Below are positions 36,035-48,543 of a stretch of 64,000 nucleotides of DNA, piece by piece (the stretch's first letter is position 1; each line of letters opens with the position of its first letter). The stretch is taken from contig CBFDEM010000047.1 of the NCBI GenBank assembly GCA_965603825.1, forward strand, positions 1 through 64,000. Direction: 5' to 3'. The notes under the pieces were generated by a model, which was not told the DNA's origin, made no database searches, and worked only from the letters and a program-made list of their open reading frames with translations. A program made the position numbers and the translations under genes. The stretch comes from Blepharisma stoltei ATCC 30299 (lineage: Eukaryota; Protista; Ciliophora).

Positions 36035-37138
36035 ATGGGTTGCCCATGCTTCAAATCTGAAGAATCTTCTGAGCAAGTCTCCTTAATCCAAAAAGAATCA
36101 CCTTCACTCAGCAGGGAATCAACCAGCGTTTCTGACTTAAAACTCTCCCCAGATGACTTCCAAATGGTCAAGATGCTCGGTAAAGGCTCATTTGGGAAAG
36201 TAATTTTAGTCCTTAAAAAAGGCACAGAAAAGTATTACGCAATGAAAGTTTTAAAGAAAAGTGTTATAAAAGAAAAAGACCAAATTTCCCATACTTTAAA
36301 TGAGAGAATGATCTTGGAGGATGTAAGATGCCCTTTTATAGTGCCATTACGATTTTCTTTTCAAACTGACGAAAAATTATACATGGTCATGGAATACATG
36401 AGCGGAGGAGAACTTTTCTTCCACCTAAAAAAATCTGGAAGATTTACTGAAGCACGTGCACGCTTTTATGCAGCTGAAATAATTTTAGCATTAGAATGCC
36501 TGCATAGTAAAGGAATTGTATATCGAGATCTTAAGCCAGAAAATGTGCTTCTTGGTTTAGATGGGCATATAAAGCTCACTGATTTTGGGCTCAGCAAAAT
36601 GGGCTTATCGCTCGAAAACCCAAAGACTTATACATGCTGTGGGACTCCTGAGTATTTGGCTCCTGAAATAATCAAAAATGAAGGACATGGGCAAGCAGTA
36701 GATTTTTGGGGTTTGGGTGTTTTATTATATGAAATGATTTCAGGGACGGCTCCTTTCTGGGCGAAAACAAGAGATGAAATGTATCATAATGTGCTTCATA
36801 ATGAAGTTGACATGAAGTTATACTTTTCTAAGGCAGCTAAAGATTTATTATCAAAACTGTTACAAGTTGACGTAATTTTTATTTAGCCTAATAAAAGGTT
36901 GGCAAATTTCAAGGAAATTAAAGAGCATGCATTTTTCAAAGGTATTGATTGGGATGCCTATATGAGAAAAAGTGTAAATGCGCCTTTTAAGCCGAGAATA
37001 GCAAATTCTGTGGATTTAAGAAATTTTGATGCTCAGTTCACAAATGAGCCTGCAGGTGATTCACTTGAAACTAAAGGTGTCATTGAAGGGCATAAATTTC
37101 CTGGGTTTACATATACAGATCCTAATTATTTAGCATAG
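36035..37138 (+). CDS. AGC-family Ser/Thr kinase, S6K/Akt/SGK-like (362 aa; one 15-nt intron)
   Basis: MGCPC acylation start, GKGSFGKV, YRDLKPEN, CGTPEYLAPE, LLQVD|PNKRL across the intron, AGC tail with FPGFTY hydrophobic motif. Confidence 0.93.
36872..36886 (+). other. 15-nt intron GTAATTTTTATTTAG
   Basis: Splicing restores kinase subdomain XI D|PxxR and removes an in-frame TAG. Confidence 0.92.
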
Positions 37139-37360
37139 CAAAAATCTTGAAATGCTAATAAATTAATAATCCTCACTATGTTTTTCTCGTCTTATAAATA
37201 TAAGCCAAAAGAAAAAGATCATCAGCCAATTATTAGTCCTTAAAAATAGCCATTTAATTTTCATATCATTTTTTGTTGCAGATAAAACCTCAATGACTTA
37301 TTGTTCTTAACTCCTTTTGAGCTTCCCAATGCCATTAAAGTGGTTGTAAATTCATTAGAA

Positions 37361-38401
37361 ATGGGTGAAGTATTTTGCACGATCGAATGCTTCTTAGGCA
37401 TGCTTGGGTGCTCATTGTGCTGTTTTGCTTATAATGGGAGGATCCAGAAAGCAAAAGCCTTTATTATGTTTTTTTGGCTTATTTTATCATACATCTTTTA
37501 CAACTTATCCAGCTCAGAAATAATGCTTGAATCAGCTTATATGAGGACGCCTGAAAATATCGACGATTACGGCTATTTTTTAATAGATTTATATGTTTAT
37601 ACATTATGCCTGATCATTTTTCTTTACTTTTTATGGGTGATAGTGAGTACAAGAATTATTATGAAACTTGAATATCTGATGCTGATTGCCCAAGCTTGGT
37701 TTATAATAATAGCGAACATAAGCGCTCCTTATTATGAGGCATGGATTGCCATACTTGTGGTTTTTTCTCCAATAATCCTCTTAGCAATTTTAGTTTTCCT
37801 TGACATTTCAACTATGAATCGTCTTTTATTCAGACGCACCGGATTTTTATTCTACATGGCTTATTTAACCGCTATTTTTTGGTTCGTGTTCAGCTCTTTA
37901 AATCTGCTTTACCATTTAATTTTTAACACTTGGCGAATTCTGAATAACTTTGTAAGCCCGCTATACTATTTGTCGAGGGAAGGAGTCCCCTTCATCTGTA
38001 TGATCTATTTCATAAAATCTATGAAATTTTTAATCATTTTTTTAAACTCAGGGTCTTACTTTGTCATAAAGAGGCCAACAAACAAGGAGGAGTTTGATAA
38101 ATATGTATATAGAGAATTTGTAGGACTGACCCTGCTTGCGCTTTTGTGCTTTTCAATGTGGGTTTTATATATTTTGATTATCAATATATTTGGTGAAGGA
38201 TCATGAGTGATAAGAGAAGGGTATTATTGCATAGCTGCTGTAGCCTTATCTTTCCCGCTTCAATTCCCTAGAGATCAGCCTCTTCCAAGCCCAAAAGAGT
38301 GTGTTATTTTCAATACCGTTGCATTTTACTTACAAATTTGTTTGACACGAATTATATATGATCGACTTGGCCATTTACTAATTAATATATATTTCTTTTA
38401 A
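37361..38401 (+). CDS. Multi-pass membrane protein, tandem family copy 1 (most diverged; 346 aa)
   Basis: Start chosen by homology to paralogs (MGEVFCTIECF vs MDGIFYVTEFF). Shared TPENxxDxG and YHLIF(N/S)TW motifs; reads through TGA 38204. Confidence 0.75.
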
Positions 38402-38987
38402 TTTAAGTCAGTTTAATTTTACAAATGATTTTTATTAGCTTCATTCAGTATTATAGATCCTTAAATCTCGAGAATCCTTGTAGAATCTACCCATCATTTG
38501 AAAATTCAGATCTCTAATAGAACAAATAAAAGCCTTCTAATAGAATATTTTATGCTGAGGACTAAAGGCTATATTAATTGCACTTGAAAGCTTGAGCAGG
38601 CAAAACACTTTCTTAGTAAAGCTCAATATTATGTTTGCAAATTGCTTATGCTAATATTGAAAAAAGGTACTCAAATCTAGAAAATTAAGTGCTTCAAAGG
38701 AAAACTCGTGCTCCCTTAAATCGCATATTTTCAAGGATTTGTTATGCAACTTTCAGCTATTTTGGTGAGGGTAGATTTATTTAAAAATTTTATCAATAGC
38801 ATCATTTATAAAATTTGCTGGCATTTTGTTAGCACTAAAATGACTTAAAGAAATTATTAGGAGATAAAAATTTGCGACATGCAAACTTCTTAAAAAGCTC
38901 TAGTTTTGACAGCTTTCTTGACTGATAAAAACTGCTCATATTCCTTTTGACTCATTTCCATTTTAACAGTTTGCAAATTTAATATAA

Positions 38988-39884
38988 ATGGACGAAATAT
39001 TTTACGCAATAGAGTTCTTCTTTATCATACTGGGATTTTTATTGTGACGTTTAACAAATACATGGAGATTAGAAAACGGAAAGGTTTTTATTCTACTTTT
39101 TTACTTAATTTTATCAAATTTTATTTACTATTTAGTTCATTCAGAACTAATATTCAAAATCGCTTATGCCACACCTGAAAACCTCAATGATTCCGGTCAT
39201 TTTTTTATCTGTTTATACGGCCATATGCTGTGGCTGCTGCCTCTATTTTGGGTTTTAGAAGGGATAGTAATGGCCTTAAATGTTTTAGTAAGCTTTTGTA
39301 TGTTTATATTTATAGACTACGCAGGGCTTATATTGGTAGAAACTATAGCTGCTTCCTATTGTGGAGCATGATATGCCGCATTTGTGATTTTTTCCCCAAC
39401 AGCTATTATAGAGTTTGCTTTGCTTGATAAATCTCCTTATATTTTTTTCAAAGATGGAGACGATTGTAATGATGTCGGCTTTGTTATTGCTTTGCTATTT
39501 TATCTATGACCTGTGCTTACTTTTTTGTTTCTAGTTTACCATTTAATTTTTAACACTTGGTGAGCCTTGGATGTCTCTATTGCATTAGCAATTTTCGTAT
39601 TTAGCTTGATTTATCTGGGGTATTCGAATCTTTTTGAGCAACTTGGAGGATTACTAGTTACACTTATAAATATTAAGGGATTATTTATCTTTATTTATCT
39701 GGGGTATTCGAAACTTTTTGAGGAACTTGGAAGATTACTAGGTATACTTATAAATATTGAGGAATTAAAAAAGAATCGTTTTATTCGACTTGCGCTTCTG
39801 GGCTTTTCTATATGAGCTATTTACTCCTTATTTACTAAAATCCTCCATGAAAGATTAGGGAAAATATTTGAACAGACAAGATAA
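38988..39884 (+). CDS. Multi-pass membrane protein, family copy 2 (298 aa), with internal 84-nt duplication
   Basis: Open frame with TGA=Trp from ATG 38988 to TAA 39882; IYLGYSxLFExLGxLL is repeated at 39609 and 39693. Confidence 0.8.
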
Positions 39885-39930
39885 ATTTAAAATAAATTTA
39901 CGTTAATTTAAATCAGTTTATAATAATATA

Positions 39931-40105
39931 ATGGTGTTTCTAAGACTTGCTCATGGAACCCCAGTAAATCCTAATCTGCCTCAACAATCTAGCAAACTAG
40001 CCCATCTCTCAAATGGTGAATAGTGGGTACATATAATTCCTCCTATCATAGACGATGATGATGCTTTTAACTGCGGAGAGGTCAAAACTATAGGCTTAGG
40101 GCATC
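39931..40105 (+). pseudogene. NDUFS6 pseudogene fragment
   Basis: Copy of the 42660 gene with a 48-nt in-frame deletion, GAG->TAG at 40021, and truncation after GLGH. Confidence 0.9.
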
Positions 40106-40647
40106 AGAATCTGCTTGTCATTCAGGAATTCAGATCTCTAATGAAATAAATAAAGGCTTTCCAATAGAATATTTTATGCTGAGGACTAAAGGCTATATAC
40201 TTGAATTTTCAATCGAACTCGCAATCTTGAGCAGAGCAAATACATTCTTAGTTAACAAAACTCAAAATTATGTTTGCAAATTGCTTACGCTAATATTCAA
40301 ACAAGATTATATTTTAGCTTAAAATTAGTTTAGGATATTGAAAATCACTCAAAACTGAAAAATTAAGTGTCTTAAACGAAAACTCCCTTAAATCGCATAT
40401 TTTCAAGAATTTATTATACAACTTTCAGATATATTGGTGAGGGTAGATTTATTTAGAAATTTTATCAACAGCATCATCTATAAAATTTGCTGGTATTCTA
40501 CTTGCACTAAAATGATTTAAAGAAATTATTTAACGATAAAAAATCTGTAAGTTTCTTAAAAAGCCTCATTTTTACAGTTTTCTTGACTGATAAAAACTGT
40601 TCATATTCCTTTTAACTCATTAGGATTTTAACAGTTTATAATTTAAT

Positions 40648-41407
40648 ATGGATGGAATATTTTACGTAATCGAGTTCTTCTTTATCATATGTCTCTGTTC
40701 TGTTTAGCAAATTTAGAAAAATGAAAGGCTTTGGTTTTGCTTTTTATGTTATTTTTTCAAACTATATCTACTATTTAATTCATTCGGAATTAATATTCAA
40801 AATCGCTGATACCACACCTGAAAACATCGACGACTGCGGTCATTATTATATCCGCTTATACAGCCATATTACTGTGGCTGCTGGTTTTATTTATTGCTTT
40901 GCAAGGAATATTAGGAGGCTTTTGAATTTTAGTAATTATAGACTACGTAGGGCTTTTATTCGTAGAAAATATATCTGCTTCGTATTGCGGAGCATGGTGT
41001 GCCACATTTATGGTTTTGTTCCCATCATTTATTATAGGATTTACTGGGCTTAATGGCTTTAAGGATGTTTTTTATGGAGATGGAAACGAGGCAATGATAT
41101 TGGTATGGTTTTATGTATGCTGCTATTTTATCTATGGCCTTGGTTTACTTTATTCTTTGTAGTCTACCATTTAATTTTTAGCACTTGGTGAGCCTTAAGT
41201 GTCTCTATTGGAATCGCAATTTCCTTATTGAACTTGGAAATTATGATGAATATGGATAAATGAATAAATAATCGGTTTATTCAGCTTTTGCTTCTGTGCT
41301 TTTCTATATCAGTTTCATACTCCTTATTTAATGACTTCCTCCATGAAGGACCAGAAAAAATATTTGAACAGGTGAAACAAAATTTAATAAATTTTAACTT
41401 AACTTAA
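40648..41407 (+). pseudogene. Multi-pass membrane protein family copy 3, frameshifted
   Basis: Colinear with copy 4 but has an early TAG and at least three frameshifts (~40690-40760, ~40870, ~41090). Confidence 0.8.
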
Positions 41408-41425
41408 GTCAGTTCTAATAATGTA

Positions 41426-41516
41426 ATGGTGCTTCCAAGGCTTTTTCAGCGCTTTAAAACGTTATGCCCGTCTCAAAAATCACTAAAGACATGTATGTAA
41501 CCCAGTAGATCTTAAT
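41426..41516 (+). pseudogene. Second NDUFS6 5' remnant
   Basis: ATGGTGCTTCCAAGGCTT...AACGTTATG...AAAGACAT...CCCAGTAGATC matches the first ~90 nt of 42660, with indels. Confidence 0.8.
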
Positions 41517-41792
41517 ATTAAGTGTCTTTAACGAAAACTTACCTTAAATAGTATATTTTACAAATTTATTATATAGCTTTCACCTATATTACTGTAGGAT
41601 AGATTTATTTAGAAATTTTATCAGCAGCATCATTTACAAAATCTATATAAATAGCACTGACGTTTTATTATCACTAAAACTGCAATTTATGCTTCTTAAA
41701 TGCCTCTATTTTTCATAACTTTCTTTACTGATAAAATTTGTTCTTATTCCTTTTATTTTATTGCCATTTTAACTGTTATAAATTTATAATAC

Positions 41793-42614
41793 ATGGATGG
41801 AATATTTTATGTAACCGAGTTCTTCTTTATCATACTGGGATTCTCATTGTACTGTTTAGTAAATTCTGGGACATTAGAAAAATTAAAGGCCTTTATTGTT
41901 CTTTTTATCTTACTTTTATCAAACTTTTTTTACTATTTAGTTCATTCAGAACTAATATTCAAAATCGCTGATACCACACCTGAAAACCCCAGTGACCCCG
42001 GTTATTATTTTATCCGTTTATACGGCCATATGCTGTGGCTGCTGTCTTTATTCCTTGCTTTACAAGGAATAGTAGGAGGCTTTTGACTTTTAATAATTAT
42101 AGACTATGCAGGGCTTCTATTTATAGAAAATATAGCTGCTTCCTATTGCGCAGCGTGGTATGCCACATTTATGGTTTTATTTCCAACAGCTCTTCTAGGA
42201 TTTACTTCACTTGATTATACAGCTCATATTTTTCACGAAGATGGAAACGAATCTAATGATATTGGTATGGTTTTATGCATGCTATTTTATCTATGACCTT
42301 TTCTTACTTTGTTGTTTCTAGTTTACCATTTAATTTTTAGCACTTGGTGAGCCTTAAATGTCTCTATTGGATTCGCAATTTCCTGATATATCTTGAATTA
42401 TCCGGCAATATGTATCGAAACTTGGAGCTTTTTTCCATATCAGACTGCAAAATTTGAAAGAAAACTAGCTACAATTATAAGAAACATTAAGAAATGAAAA
42501 AAGAATAGCTTTATTCAGCTTGTGTTTCTGTGCTTTTCTATATGAGCTTCATACTCCTTAATTACTTACATTCTCCATAAAATATCAGAAAAAATCTTTG
42601 AAATTGCAAGATAA
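41793..42614 (+). CDS. Multi-pass membrane protein, family copy 4 (273 aa)
   Basis: Open frame through six TGA(Trp) codons to TAA 42612-42614. Confidence 0.8.
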
Positions 42615-42659
42615 ATTTAAAATAAATTTACCTTAATTTAAGTCAGTTCTAATAATATA

Positions 42660-42998
42660 ATGGTGTTTCTAAGACTTGTTCGTCGCTTTGCAAACGTTAT
42701 GCACATCCCCAAAATTCCAAAAGACATTTATGGAGCCCCAGTAGATCCTAATCTACCTCATCAATCTAGCAAACTGACCCATCTCTCAAATGGTGAAGAG
42801 TGGGTACATAAAATTCCTCCAATCATAGTCGATGATGATGTTGTTCGCTGTGGAGGGGTCAAGACTGTAGGCTTAGGGCATCCTGTGGTGTACATCAAGT
42901 TAGACAAGAGAAAACAAGGCCAAGTTGAAAAATGCAAGTGGTGTGGGTTACGCTATCAAAAGAACCCAGCTCTTATCCACCATCATCATGAACATTAA
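42660..42998 (+). CDS. NDUFS6: NADH dehydrogenase (complex I) 13-kDa Zn-binding subunit, zf-CHCC (112 aa)
   Basis: Mitochondrial-type presequence; VVRCGG...LGHPVVYIKLD...CKWCGLRY. Confidence 0.9.
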   Translation: MVFLRLVRRFANVMHIPKIPKDIYGAPVDPNLPHQSSKLTHLSNGEEWVHKIPPIIVDDDVVRCGGVKTVGLGHPVVYIKLDKRKQGQVEKCKWCGLRYQKNPALIHHHHEH

Positions 42999-43045
42999 GC
43001 TTAGTTTATGAATTCTAATATAAATTCTTTAATAGTAAAGGTTTT

Positions 43046-43771
43046 ATGAGTACTTACAAGGTGAGCCAGCTAGATGCGTATTTTTTAGACAAAATTTATC
43101 ACCAGTTCATTAAGGAGCAGTTTTTAAAACCTTTTGCATATTCAGGATGGATCAAAATAGCGATTGAAATAGGAATTATGACATTTTACCAATATTTTAC
43201 ACTATGAAAAGGAGCAAATACTCCAGGGAACAAGCTTTATAACGTAAAATATCAATTTTCAGGTTCTTTTGCTCTTAAAATGATACATTACTCATTAGAA
43301 TGCTTAAATATCCTGATCGGAATTATTAAGGAAAAATCTCCAGCAGCTCACCGCCTATGAAGTCTTGGAGTAGGCGCTAATTGAATAACTTTTCTTATTT
43401 TTGGCAAATATCGCACATTAATGGAAAGGTTTGGAAAAATCTCGCTTGTAATTCCTAATTAGGAACTCATAAATCCAGAAGCACGAAGAAATGTCAATTA
43501 TTCTTATACAAACAGAATTCTCATTTTTCAAATAATTACAGACACAATGAGGGCTGTTCTCCCTATGCTAAAAATCGACCAAATTTTGAGATTTTTCTTT
43601 GACGAAATCAGCCTTTCATAGTAACTTTTATATAGTGAAGGAGATCAATCCTGTGTAATTTGTGGAGAAGAAGATGTAGTGACTCCACAACATCTAGGCA
43701 GCTGCCAGCATCTAGCTTGCTATGTATGCATCAGTAAAAGTAAACAAAAAGCTTGTCCACGTTGTCAGTAA
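43046..43771 (+). CDS. PEX2: Peroxin Pex2, RING E3 (231 aa; two 15-nt introns; absent from the ORF track)
   Basis: KVSQLDAYFLD start, TPGNKLYNVKY, FLIFGKYRTLMER, RNVNYSYTNR, C-terminal RING CVIC...CQHLACYVC...CPRC. Needs three TGA(Trp) codons and introns 43448-43462 and 43621-43635. Confidence 0.88.
43448..43462 (+). other. 15-nt intron GTAATTCCTAATTAG
   Basis: GT..AG, A at -6, removes an in-frame TAG in PEX2. Confidence 0.88.
43621..43635 (+). other. 15-nt intron GTAACTTTTATATAG
   Basis: Phase-2 intron; the unspliced junction reads TA|G (stop), the spliced one gives TAT ahead of the RING domain. Confidence 0.88.
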
Positions 43772-43873
43772 CTACATAATTTAAATTGTCATTTCATTTT
43801 AGACTCAAAAAAACAATGATAAGTAATGAATCACTCAAAAAGTATTGGATATAAGCTAAATTTAAAATCTAAC

Positions 43874-44476
43874 CTAAAGCTTAGGGGCTTGATGACTTTC
43901 GCTTACATACTGCATTGTGAGGAGCTGGTTTCTAGCGAATTCTCCCTTCCTGACCACTGTACAAGTTTCAGGATCTTTCTCGCACACTCCTCTCATCTTC
44001 ATACATAAATGGACACTTCGAATGACGACTAAAACTCCTTTAGGATTGACTGATTTCTCAATAGCTTCTGCTATTTGCTCTGTGAGCCTTTCTTGGACTT
44101 GTAGCCTACGAGCGTAGATGTCAGAAATCCTTTTGAGTTTGCTTAATCCCAAAATCTTTTTATCAGGGATGTAACTAAATATAGCTTACGTTATAGAGCA
44201 AGTGCCAATAAATGGAAGCAGATGATGCTCACATAATGAACAAATTTCTAAGCCTTTTACGTGGACCACTCCATCGCCTTCATATGGGAAAATTCCTTCA
44301 CCGATTTTCTCTTCAGGCGTTGTATGGTAGCCTTGAGTTAGCTCTAAAAGGGCTTTTGCTGCTCTTTTAGGGGTTGACTCAACACCTTCATTTGTCAAAG
44401 GGAGTTTTGACAAAATAGTTGAGTAAGCCTTCTCAATTTCTTTTAAATCTTGCTCTCTTTGCTTTTGGTTTTTCAT
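43874..44476 (-). CDS. GCH1: GTP cyclohydrolase I (195 aa; one 15-nt intron)
   Basis: [26 protein letters not shown]...[20 protein letters not shown]. Confidence 0.95.
44175..44189 (-). other. 15-nt intron GTAAGCTATATTTAG
   Basis: Splicing restores the conserved SIT|[12 protein letters not shown]; retention gives an in-frame TAA. Confidence 0.92.
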
Positions 44477-45205
44477 TTTATTTTAATAGCCGTTAAATAT
44501 TTCTGTCCTCATGTGAACAGTTATTTCTAAATTCCTAAAGAAAAGGGAATAAATTATTTTCATTTAGAAATTATCGTAAAAAAATACACATCTGATGAAG
44601 ATTATTGATGAAGTGATGAAATTAAATTTTTGGGAAATTATATAGACATTTTATGCGTTATTATGGGTATTGAAATGGATTTTGATACTATCATCAAATT
44701 ACATTAAAAAAGATTAAAAACTTATTAGTCTTTCTCAATACTGCCACGCGAAAATTACAAATATTAAACTTACTATAAAAATGTTTAAATTTCAATCTTT
44801 ATGAACTAATTAATTTAATTAACCTGTTTCTATTTAGATTAGCCAGATTATTTCCAATAAATTTATAAATAAAATCTAATTATATACTCATCAGATTATT
44901 AAAGATTTTCCAGTTTGATCTGGCCTTATAATAAAAATGAAATTCAATAGCAATGAAGAATAAATCGCAGCTATAAATTCATTTTTTTTATTTATATAGA
45001 ATTGGCACAGATTAGCCAGATCAACAAATAATCAAGTGAATTAATTTGAGAAAAGATTAAAAAATTATTGTGTAAGTGACGCTCCACTATTAGCCTTCAA
45101 AGTTGTCTTTTAAAAAAAAGCTAATAATAGAAGCACTTATTTGTTCAATTACACGTTTCTTATTTAATTAAGAAAATTATTACTTTCTGCTCTCTTCTAT
45201 CTTCC

Positions 45206-45982
45206 TTAAAATGTTTTACATACACATGAAGCTCTTTCAGTGTTGACATCATTCGTCAAATACTTAAAAAATTCTGCTTCCATCTGATCTAATTGTGTCC
45301 TTAATTCCAAATTTTCTTCGTTTTTGTGAGCTATCTCTTTTTCGTTATCAATTATTTTAGTGGATACTATTTTAATTTGCTCTTGCAGCTCTTCTATTTG
45401 TTTAAGAACATTTTCAATCATAAAGCTTTGCTTCCAATGACTTGGCGTGCCGCTTTCGTCGACTCTCAAGCACGATTTTCTTTCTACACTATGATGATTG
45501 CTGTGGCTCATGTCAATAGCCTCGAACATGTTTTTCCTTATAGAGTCCAGCTCTGAGTTTAATACAGAAATTCTAGCAGAATCTCTTGCACTTGAGCACA
45601 GGACATGGCTCAATGCTTCTCTGAAGCTTGAAATTTTTTCATGAAACTCTCCCTGCAGTTTTTTATTTATTTTTCTGATTGAGCCAGATTTGTGTGTCTG
45701 TTCGTCTATTTCTGAATCTTCTAAGGAACTGAAAAAAAAGTCGAATTGATGTGAATTTTCTTCGTTAAACGTATTTTCAGTGTTGAAAAAGGATGAATCA
45801 GATGGCTTTGTGTCTAGCACATCAGATGCCTCGATCTCAATTCGCTGGTTTGTGATGTTTGAGATTCTTTTTGTTTTTGGAGCAATTATGGAAATGGAAC
45901 TGGTTAGCTGGGGTATTTGTGAGAAGTGATCGGAATTTTTTGAATTGTCTTTTGTGCTGACTTGGTTACTGATATTTTTCAT
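45206..45982 (-). CDS. Hypothetical coiled-coil protein with C-terminal CxCxxF (258 aa)
   Basis: ATG-TAA ORF with heptad-rich C-terminal half, ending CVCKTF (possible prenylation signal). Confidence 0.7.
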   Translation of the reverse strand: MKNISNQVSTKDNSKNSDHFSQIPQLTSSISIIAPKTKRISNITNQRIEIEASDVLDTKPSDSSFFNTENTFNEENSHQFDFFFSSLEDSEIDEQTHKSGSIRKINKKLQGEFHEKISSFREALSHVLCSSARDSARISVLNSELDSIRKNMFEAIDMSHSNHHSVERKSCLRVDESGTPSHWKQSFMIENVLKQIEELQEQIKIVSTKIIDNEKEIAHKNEENLELRTQLDQMEAEFFKYLTNDVNTERASCVCKTF

Positions 45983-46683
45983 ATATATTAATATTGGTTT
46001 TTAATATGGAATCCCTTTATGAAAATGTTATGTTAACAAACAAATTTGATAGTGAAGGTGGTATTATCAAAAATATTTCTAGAAATAATAAATAAAAATA
46101 TACTGAATGTGACTAAGGATTGTCTGATTTAAACATCATATTTATTGATATTTGTAGCATATCAGAATCATGAATTTTTTTATTTCATTCTGTTTTTTAT
46201 TTTGTCAGCAACTTCTTAATCATGGTGCATCAAATTTACCAAATATTAAGAAAAGGCTTAAATCGTCACTAGCCTAGTATTGTAAACGCCTATGAAGTAG
46301 AAATAGAATTTTAGTAAACTCTCTTGACTAAAGCAATCGAAAAATAAACAAAACACATAAAAGATTTATTTTGATAATAAATATTCTGGCAATAAATAAA
46401 TTATTACTAATCCTAAAATGTAATATGCATTTACTTTAATTACTCACATCAGCCCTTACCAGAATTGATCTATATTGTTTTACAGTAAAAGCAGATTTTA
46501 TCAAAAGCCCCTATAAAAAAACAAATTTTTTCGCTTAATTCTTAAAATAATTCACAATAAAAATTAGACAAGCAAAACAAATCATTATTTTCAAATGCGC
46601 CGATTTATTTTCCTAATTTAATCTGCTCAAATTTATTATTTTAAGAGCTTACCAATGGTACATAATTTAATATAACTGATAAT

Positions 46684-48294
46684 ATGAAATCGATTCTAAA
46701 TGTCCCAAGAGGCCGGCTACGAAAAGATTTTTCTTTATCCCGAATTGAAGGCTCTTTACCATCCTTAAACTCCAGTTTTTCCTCTAACAAGTACACAGAA
46801 CATGAAGCAGTTGACCATATAAAATTCCTATCCAAAAGAATCCAAGACCTGGAGTCCATAATTTCTTCGAAAAATCAAGAAATTCATAAGCTAGAAATGA
46901 TGAATAAACAGCTTGTAAACAGTCTAAATAAACGAGATGAAATAATAGCTTCAGCGTTATTCGAAAATCGTAAGCTTAAAGAAACAATCCAATGATGCCA
47001 AAGAATAATGAATCAGTCACAAAAACCGCAAGAAGCGCTGCATTCAAATTCAACAAGCCAAAGTTTGGATCCACGAACAGAGCTACAAAGTATAGGAAGA
47101 AAACCAAATAGACTTCTCCCCACTTATAAAAGAGCAGATACTATGAAACCTGAAGAAGAAAACAATATTCGAAAATTCATGGAAGCTTTTAATGATGATC
47201 ATGCTTTATTTGTGGAAAAATTTTTTAATTTGGAGGTATCAGCACAAAGAGATGTCCTAGGATATTTGTTGAGGAAAAAAGACGAATTTGGGAAGCTTGT
47301 AAATCTTTCTTTAAAGCTTAAGCGGCTTTTTAAAGCTTTTAGAAAGTTTTGTAATGCAGAGCTATTAGACGATTTAATTGAATTTTTTATCTCAGAAACC
47401 AAAGAAATTCTAGACTGTGACAAAGCAACTGTATATGTGGTTGACGAGCTTAATCGAGAATTATGGACAAGATCGTCTAAAGGAGATGGTGCAAAAAGAA
47501 TAAGAATTCCTATAGACCGAGGTATTGCTGGATATTGTGCCATGACTGGGGCCAGTGTTAATGTAATAGACGCTTATAAAGACGCAAGGTTTGATAATAG
47601 TCTTGACATTGAAGACAATTATAAGACAAAATCAGTCCTTGCGCTTACAATTAGAGATAATGTAGGAAACATTATTGGGATTATGCAGGCTATAAATAAG
47701 AATGATGGGATTTTTACCCCAGATGATGACGCTTTATTTGAACTGATTTCTGCTCATTATTCTATTGTGTTGCAGAGGGTCATAAAAAATGAGACCTTGG
47801 TGCTGACTTTGGCGAGGCTGAAGGTGTCACTTGAAGCTTGTGTAGGAATTTGTAAAGCAGAAAATATTGTGGATTTGAATGCTTGTTTACAAATTGAGGC
47901 AAAAAAAATCATGAATACAGATATTGCGTATTTTTACCACATAGAAGAAGGAAATCTATGCAAAACAATTAATGGAAAAATCGAAAAATTTCCTATCATG
48001 ATGGGCTTAGCTGGCAAATGTGTAAGGGATAAATCTATAATGAACATTAACGATGCTTATAATCACCCAAGCTACAACGGAAGAGTTGATATCGAAACAA
48101 CTTTACCTGTGCTTTGCATACCTATGAAAAATGAGAATGGAGATGTCCTAGCAGTCATAGAAATGCTGAACAGCAAAACTGTAAAAGTCCAAGCTTCAAT
48201 GAGCGAGTCGAAGCTAAATCAGGCAGACAGCGAAATTTTTGAGTATTTTCAGAAGATTGTATGTATTTATTTAAAACGATTTCTCAATATTTAA
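46684..48294 (+). CDS. Coiled-coil + tandem GAF-domain protein, no catalytic domain (536 aa)
   Basis: Two track ORFs in one frame via TGA 46993. GIAGYCAMTG..VNVIDAYKDARF, INKNDGIFTPDD (NKxxxxFxxxD); second GAF GLAGKCV...NDAYNHPSYN. Confidence 0.88.
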
Positions 48295-48543
48295 TGATAT
48301 TATAGATTACACTATCAGAAAAAATTATTAAATTGGTAAAAAAGCTAAATAATTTGTCGTTGCTATTAAATCTGATATTTTTATATCCTGTGCATAAAAA
48401 TGGAAGAATACTTTATAGCCTCCTTTGTATTAAAAATTTATTTAAAATGCCTAATCAGCTAGCCAAGCCCATTTATTATATTTATTTTTGCTTCAGGGAT
48501 AATTATCTTTCTAGCAAGAGATCTTCATCCTCCTTTTCCTTAT

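Larger units (their letters stand above)
38503..42998 (+). repeat. Tandem segmental duplication: [upstream spacer + TM gene + NDUFS6 5' part] x3
   Basis: Spacer 38503-38990 matches 40127-40650 and partly 41517-41795. Each TM gene is followed by a ...TCAGTT.TAATAAT.TAATGGTG NDUFS6 start. Confidence 0.88.

Noticed and set aside
39298-39315. 18-nt GT..AG segment in TM copy 2 as an intron
   Set aside because: Length differs from the 15-nt class, and removing it would delete residues that align with the paralogs; more likely a coding indel.
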